DNA from: an uncultured virus (IMG/VR IMGVR_UViG_3300037343_000250)
Lineage: Duplodnaviria > Heunggongvirae > Uroviricota > Caudoviricetes
Direction: 5' to 3' (one strand)
Virus record (IMG/VR): IMGVR_UViG_3300037343_000250
Span: 51,520 to 71,519 of that record
Length of the DNA: 20,000 nt
This document shows, piece by piece, positions 15,154-20,000 of the stretch. Position 1 is the stretch's first letter. The number at the start of each line of letters is the position of its first letter. The notes beneath the pieces are model-generated. The model did no database searches. It was not told where the DNA came from and worked only from the letters and a program-made list of their open reading frames with translations. Position numbers and translations under genes: made by a program.

Positions 15154-16608
15154 ATGACCAATGTACTATCTCTACTAACTGCAATTATCCGAACTGATAG
15201 CTATAAATTGAGCCAGTTCTTGCAGTATCCTCCAGATACTACCCGTATCAGTTCATATATCGAATCTCGCGGCGGTGAAGAAAAAAGTGTTTTCTTCGGC
15301 TTGCAAGCATTTATCAAGCAGTATATGCTCACGCCAATCACACAAAAAGATATCAATATGGCGGAAAAGCTTGTGCTTGCACACGGGTTGCCATTCAATC
15401 GTGAGGGTTGGGAAATTATTGTCAACGAATATGACGGTATGCTACCACTTCAAATTGAAGCAGTGCCCGAAGGTACTGTTATGGAAACACGAAATGTACA
15501 GGTTCAAGTTGTCAACACTGATCCTCGACTGTTTTGGTTGACCTCTTATATCGAAACTGCGATCTTGCGCGGTATTTGGTATCCTTCTACCGTCGCGACA
15601 AAAAGCCGTAAACTGAAAAAGATTATTGCGGCTGGATTGCATAAAACAAGCGATATTCCAGTAAATGATCAAATTCAGTTCAAATTGCACGACTTTGGTG
15701 CAAGAGGCGCTAGTAGCTCAGAATCTGCAATGCTTGGTGGCATGGCACACTTGACTAACTTTATGGGCACTGATACAGTAGAAGCACTTGTGGGTGCAAT
15801 GGAATACTATAATTCAGAAGTAGTGCCTGGGTTTAGTATCCCCGCTAGTGAGCATAGTACAATTTGTGGGTGGGGAGGACCAGAAGGCGAAGTTGTTGCA
15901 TTTGAAAATATGATAGTCAAATTTGCTGGGGAAGGCAAGATTTACGCTTGTGTAAGCGACAGTTATGATATCTATGCCGCGTGTCGAGAGTTGTGGGGTG
16001 GTGTTCTGAAAGATAAAGTAATTTCATCAGGTGGAACTTTGGTAGTTCGTCCTGACTCTGGCGATCCAATGACAGTACCAATCGAAGTATTGAATATTCT
16101 TGCCGAAAAGTTTGGCTTTGCGGTAAACAGCAAAGGATATAAAGTTTTGCCTTCTTATATTCGTGTAATTCAAGGCGATGGCCTCAATGAAGAAACCCTT
16201 CCTATCCTGATTAAAAACGTGATAGATGCTGGGTTTTCACTTGACAATATAGCATTTGGTATGGGTGGCGGATTGCTACAAGCTTGGAATAGAGACACAC
16301 TTAAGTATGCAATGAAAGCAAGTGCTCGTGAGGATACCAATGGTATTTGGCATAATGTATTCAAAGACCCAATTTCAGACAAAGGCAAGACTTCTAAGAA
16401 AGGTCTTTTGGGGCTTGTGTATGACTGTGGTGTGGGTAGCTGTAGTTATAAAACAGTACCTAAGAATGTTGCAACAGAAAAAGGAAACCTGCTTCGTACA
16501 GTGTATCGCAATGGTGCTCTCTTAATTGAAGATACATTTGATGAAGTTAGAGCTCGGGCCGAACTAAAAGTTGAAGAGTATTCACCTCAGATTGTAGAAA
16601 GATATTAA
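15154..16608 (+). CDS. nadV: nicotinamide phosphoribosyltransferase (NAMPT)
   Basis: TDSYK, YIESRGG, LHDFGARG, IPASEHS, VSDSYD, RPDSGDP, FGMGGGL motifs. SD spacing favours ATG 15154 over 15148. Confidence 0.95.
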   Translation: MTNVLSLLTAIIRTDSYKLSQFLQYPPDTTRISSYIESRGGEEKSVFFGLQAFIKQYMLTPITQKDINMAEKLVLAHGLPFNREGWEIIVNEYDGMLPLQIEAVPEGTVMETRNVQVQVVNTDPRLFWLTSYIETAILRGIWYPSTVATKSRKLKKIIAAGLHKTSDIPVNDQIQFKLHDFGARGASSSESAMLGGMAHLTNFMGTDTVEALVGAMEYYNSEVVPGFSIPASEHSTICGWGGPEGEVVAFENMIVKFAGEGKIYACVSDSYDIYAACRELWGGVLKDKVISSGGTLVVRPDSGDPMTVPIEVLNILAEKFGFAVNSKGYKVLPSYIRVIQGDGLNEETLPILIKNVIDAGFSLDNIAFGMGGGLLQAWNRDTLKYAMKASAREDTNGIWHNVFKDPISDKGKTSKKGLLGLVYDCGVGSCSYKTVPKNVATEKGNLLRTVYRNGALLIEDTFDEVRARAELKVEEYSPQIVERY

Positions 16609-16616
16609 CATAAAGA

Positions 16617-16636
16617 GGGGCAGGGAAACTTGCCCC
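16617..16636 (+). terminator. GNRA-loop hairpin, probable terminator
   Basis: GGGGCAGG-GAAA-CTTGCCCC after the nadV stop, with a weak U-rich tail. Confidence 0.65.
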
Positions 16637-16663
16637 CATTCACTTTAAGTATTGGATAATAAA

Positions 16664-16819
16664 ATGGAAATTGATATGCGCTCAAAAGAATATGTTGAAT
16701 GGACTGCAAATGTTTGGAAACTAAATTCCAAACGAAACGAAATTTTACAAAGAGAAATCCGACGGCAGGAAGATTTAAATTGGGTAGCAGAGTTTAGTAG
16801 TCAAGATAATGATGTTTAA
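16664..16819 (+). CDS. small hypothetical protein (51 aa)
   Basis: MEIDMRSKEYVEWTANVWKLNSKRNEILQREIRRQEDLNWVAEFSSQDNDV*; GGA upstream. Confidence 0.55.
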   Translation: MEIDMRSKEYVEWTANVWKLNSKRNEILQREIRRQEDLNWVAEFSSQDNDV

Positions 16820-16822
16820 CTA

Positions 16823-16851
16823 TTGACAGCGATATATATCTAGTTTATGTT
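16823..16851 (+). promoter_or_regulatory. sigma70-type promoter
   Basis: TTGACA-N17-TATGTT. Confidence 0.7.
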
Positions 16852-16898
16852 TATCTTTATGGAAATGAACACACAAAGGAGGTATGAGGTTATATACT

Positions 16899-17171
16899 AT
16901 GAAAAAAGAAGAATTTGATGCGCTAGATAAAGAAATCCGAACACTAGTGACAGAAGGATATATTGATGGATTTGAAACAGCGATTATGGTGGTAAAATCA
17001 ATTGCCATGCGTGTTGGCGACAAAGAACTGGATGATAATTATAAGGCGGCACCTGATTTTGCTGTCAGTCTTTTGAATAATAACTTAGACATGTTGAAGC
17101 GTGATGAATTGATTATGTTGGGACGAGATGAATTGAATATGTTGAAGGGTGGCAATGATGATAAACTTTGA
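16899..17171 (+). CDS. hypothetical protein with C-terminal 8-aa repeats
   Basis: SD GAGG 16886-16889; repeats MLKRDELI / MLGRDELN / MLKG. Confidence 0.75.
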   Translation: MKKEEFDALDKEIRTLVTEGYIDGFETAIMVVKSIAMRVGDKELDDNYKAAPDFAVSLLNNNLDMLKRDELIMLGRDELNMLKGGNDDKL

Positions 17172-18018
17172 TGATGAGGAAAGCAATGCAGCCGATGCAA
17201 AACAAGATCAACTCGAACAAAATAGAAATTTCATGCTAAATCTTGATGAAAGTGAAAGCAATGCCGCCGATGCTATTCTTGAGCCAAAAGATTATTTTGC
17301 CGACTTAAAAAGCAAAATAACTGATGTTCAGTACGATCAGCTAGAACAGAATCGTGGGTTCATTGGCAAAGAAATCGAAAAGGCAAATCGTCTAGGCCAA
17401 AAGAATCTTACCCATAAAGCATCTTATATGTGGGAAATTCTCGAAAAAGAACTAATTTTACATGCTATGGGGCTTACTAAGTATGTGCATCGTCAAGATG
17501 TCATATTGCTTATTGACAAAGTGAAACCAAAAAACTCTGTAAAAATAGTTGAACTTGAAAATTATCCTCGGTCAATTCCAGACGCGAATATGGAAGACAT
17601 CATCAAAGCTCGTGAGCTTGGACTTTTTGATGTTTTACTTATTCTATATACAGACCTTACCGACGAAGAAGTAAACACGCCTGCGCAAAAGCAATTTGCT
17701 GCCAGAAACAAAGATCCCATTGTATTCGGCATGTTTATTAATGATAAGATCAATCTAAAACATGATCGTCTATACTTTATTACTGACTGGGAAGATGAGT
17801 TTTGTGAACTTACATTTACAAAGATGATTGACAAGATGTCTGAAATGGGGATTAAAAATCCCGAAAAAAATATAACCATAGATGAAAATCACATCAATTC
17901 TATCGTGGCAATGTCAAAACAAGAAGTTTCTGCGGTTAAACTAGAGGAAAACTTTGTAGTATCAACACCAGAGAAAAAGAAATTCTTCTCGAAGCTAAAG
18001 GCATATCTCTTTAAATGA
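17155..18018 (+). CDS. conserved phage hypothetical protein with duplicated N-terminus
   Basis: IVELENYPRSIP, DPIVFG and DRLYFITDWEDEFCELT motifs. Confidence 0.85.
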   Translation: MMINFDDEESNAADAKQDQLEQNRNFMLNLDESESNAADAILEPKDYFADLKSKITDVQYDQLEQNRGFIGKEIEKANRLGQKNLTHKASYMWEILEKELILHAMGLTKYVHRQDVILLIDKVKPKNSVKIVELENYPRSIPDANMEDIIKARELGLFDVLLILYTDLTDEEVNTPAQKQFAARNKDPIVFGMFINDKINLKHDRLYFITDWEDEFCELTFTKMIDKMSEMGIKNPEKNITIDENHINSIVAMSKQEVSAVKLEENFVVSTPEKKKFFSKLKAYLFK

Positions 18019-18461
18019 CTCCCGATAATGATAAAACTCTACGGTCAATCTTTTGCAAAGCCGTAGTTGGCTGGGATGAATGGGATGATCGTAGAGATTA
18101 TAGACGAAAATATGAAAGTAGCGAGTTCCACTTAGGTAATGGCGTCGGCAATAGTATTTTAAGAATCATGTCATACTACATCGAAGATACCTATGGAAAG
18201 AAAAATATACTGAAAGATAATGTTACAGATAGCGAAGAATATATGCATTTTCTATCTAAAATCATGCCAGAGTCTAAGCAAGGCCAAGAGTATGATTATA
18301 TGATGTCATTCGGGATGGCTAGAAATATAGACGGCACATTTTCCAATTGTGATTGTTGCGGAAAGGACTTGAATATTATAAATTCTTCAAAGTTTGCTAT
18401 GTGTGATGCTTGCTATGATGTCCATAGTGAAAAAATTATACCTAAAATAGATTTACGTTAG
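18015..18461 (+). CDS. hypothetical protein with C-terminal CxxC...CxxC Zn ribbon
   Basis: CDCCG...CDAC; overlaps the upstream stop codon. Confidence 0.75.
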   Translation: MTPDNDKTLRSIFCKAVVGWDEWDDRRDYRRKYESSEFHLGNGVGNSILRIMSYYIEDTYGKKNILKDNVTDSEEYMHFLSKIMPESKQGQEYDYMMSFGMARNIDGTFSNCDCCGKDLNIINSSKFAMCDACYDVHSEKIIPKIDLR

Positions 18462-18551
18462 GTAAATAAGCTTAAAATTTATCTGTCAAGAAAAATACAA
18501 TATACCTAAATATGTTAGTGCTGGTTGGCCCAAGCATATTGGAGGGAAATC

Positions 18552-19766
18552 ATGAATTACGAATCAGCACTTGATGTAGTATTAGACAGATTACGTTTGG
18601 AGTCGCGGTATAGGACTTTCATAGATATTGAACGTATAAGAGGTAGGTATCCTACTGCATTATGGCACAAACCAAATGGGGATAAAAAAGAAATTACCGT
18701 TTGGTGTGGTAATGACTATCTTGGTATGGGGCAGCACCCAATCATTATAGATGCAATGATTACGGCATTAGATGCTACCGGAGCGGGTTCTGGGGGCACA
18801 AGAAACATTTCTGGGACAACAGTATACCATACCAGTCTTGAAAAAGAATTGGCGGAATTACATGGAACAGAATCTGCTTTGGTTTTTACATCAGCCTATA
18901 ATGCCAATGATGCCACATTATCAACCCTGTCAAAAATCTTCCAAAATCTCATAATATATTCGGACGAGCTAAATCATGCTTCTATTATAGAAGGGGTGCG
19001 GCGCAATAATACCACAAAAAGAATTTTTCGCCATAACGATGTTCAACATCTGCGTGAGTTGTTGAACAATGACGAACCTTCATTACCAAAGTTAATTGTA
19101 TTTGAATCGATATATTCTATGGATGGTGATTTTGGGCCAATCAAAGAAATTTGTGATTTGGCTGAAGAGTTTAATGCACTCACATATATAGACGAGGTTC
19201 ACGCGGTTGGTATGTATGGGCCGCGTGGTGCAGGTGTTGCGGAACGCGATGGTGTTATGCATAAATTAGATATTATAAATGGTACATTAGCCAAAGCATA
19301 TGGAGTTGCTGGTGGTTATATCGCGGCAAGCTCAAGAATGTGTGATGCTATACGGTCATACGCCCCAGGTTTTATTTTCACATCTTCCATGCCACCATCA
19401 GTTGCCGCTGGTGCAACAGCGTCAGTTAATTATTTGAAAAATGCACAACATTTGCGGGACAAACAACAATTAAATGCAAAAATACTAAAAGATAGGTTTA
19501 AGGCGATAGGACTTCCTGTAATTGATTATGGTAGCCATATCGTACCAGTTCAAGTAGGTGATCCAATCAATTGCAAAATATTATCAGACATTCTACTCGA
19601 AAAATATGGGATATACGTTCAGCCAATTAATTTTCCTACAGTACCAAGAGGAACAGAAAGATTACGCTTTACACCTTCACCTTTGCATGATACAGAACAG
19701 ATAGATATATTGGTTAATGCCATGGAAGATCTATGGGCACATTATATCATAGGCGGAACTACTTGA
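18552..19766 (+). CDS. hemA: 5-aminolevulinate synthase (Shemin pathway)
   Basis: [70 protein letters not shown] (PLP lysine), [32 protein letters not shown] before ATG 18552. Confidence 0.95.
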   Translation: MNYESALDVVLDRLRLESRYRTFIDIERIRGRYPTALWHKPNGDKKEITVWCGNDYLGMGQHPIIIDAMITALDATGAGSGGTRNISGTTVYHTSLEKELAELHGTESALVFTSAYNANDATLSTLSKIFQNLIIYSDELNHASIIEGVRRNNTTKRIFRHNDVQHLRELLNNDEPSLPKLIVFESIYSMDGDFGPIKEICDLAEEFNALTYIDEVHAVGMYGPRGAGVAERDGVMHKLDIINGTLAKAYGVAGGYIAASSRMCDAIRSYAPGFIFTSSMPPSVAAGATASVNYLKNAQHLRDKQQLNAKILKDRFKAIGLPVIDYGSHIVPVQVGDPINCKILSDILLEKYGIYVQPINFPTVPRGTERLRFTPSPLHDTEQIDILVNAMEDLWAHYIIGGTT

Positions 19767-19883
19767 TTCCACATATTTGAAATTGAAAAATTATTTTGCC
19801 AAAGCTGATTTTAAATATATGGAATTTAACAATAAAATTTATAAAAATCACTAGGTTACTTCATCTTCATCCCATTAACATTG

Positions 19884-19911
19884 ATTATACCAGGATTTTT
19901 ATATTTGTCAA
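19884..19911 (-). promoter_or_regulatory. leftward sigma70-type promoter
   Basis: Minus strand TTGACA (19911-19906)-N16-TATAAT (19889-19884). Confidence 0.55.
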
Positions 19912-19926
19912 GACATAAAATGCATG

Positions 19927-19955
19927 TTTACAAATATTATTTCTTGTGTTATGTT
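19927..19955 (+). promoter_or_regulatory. sigma70-type promoter, extended -10
   Basis: TTTACA-N17-TATGTT with TG. Confidence 0.55.
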
Positions 19956-19974
19956 TTCTAAAAGGAGTAATAAT

Positions 19975-20000
19975 ATGATAAACTTGATGCAAGGAGATTG
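19975..20000 (+). CDS. start of a gene running off the window (MINLMQGD...)
   Basis: SD AAGGAG 19962-19967, then ATG. Confidence 0.6.

Noticed and set aside
209..17879. Minus-strand ORFs in the ORF track
   Set aside because: They lie antisense to well-supported + genes or across promoters, and show no motifs or evident SDs; treated as shadow ORFs.
18484..18489. Minus-strand TTGACA upstream of hemA
   Set aside because: No acceptable -10 at 16-18 nt spacing.
18552..19766. BioF/Kbl/serine palmitoyltransferase assignment
   Set aside because: ALAS-specific motifs ([31 protein letters not shown]) are present.
1..20000. Stop-codon reassignment
   Set aside because: Long enzymes are intact in code 11, and TAA, TAG and TGA all end genes that are followed by promoters or coupled starts.
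1..20000. tRNA or rRNA genes
   Set aside because: No cloverleaf or T-loop signature was seen in the short intergenic gaps; tRNAscan-SE would be needed to confirm.

Overview
This is an AT-rich window from a large (probably jumbo or T4-like) lytic dsDNA phage. All credible genes lie on the + strand: about 45 tightly packed, mostly small ORFs, with about 14 sigma70-type promoters in the intergenic gaps, which looks like an early/host-takeover region. Recognisable genes are the tail of a ClpP-like protease, a P-loop (AAA_33/PNK-like) kinase, a Thg1-like 3'-5' nucleotidyltransferase, a calcineurin-like phosphoesterase, a 2OG-Fe(II)-like dioxygenase, an NAD salvage pair (NadM-Nudix and NadV/NAMPT, NARP2-type) and an alphaproteobacterial-type 5-aminolevulinate synthase (hemA), which points to a Rhodobacteraceae-like host. 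The most unusual signal is non-coding. Four genes at 12.3-15.2 kb, including both NAD genes, have their Shine-Dalgarno in the same AG-[GAG]-UU hairpin, and the outer stems differ in sequence but still pair, suggesting a shared post-transcriptional control element. Also seen: a 37-bp direct repeat flanking the Thg1 cassette, G.U-containing hairpins over several -10 elements, a long intergenic hairpin, and an antisense promoter facing hemA. All calls were made by eye; no database searches were run.
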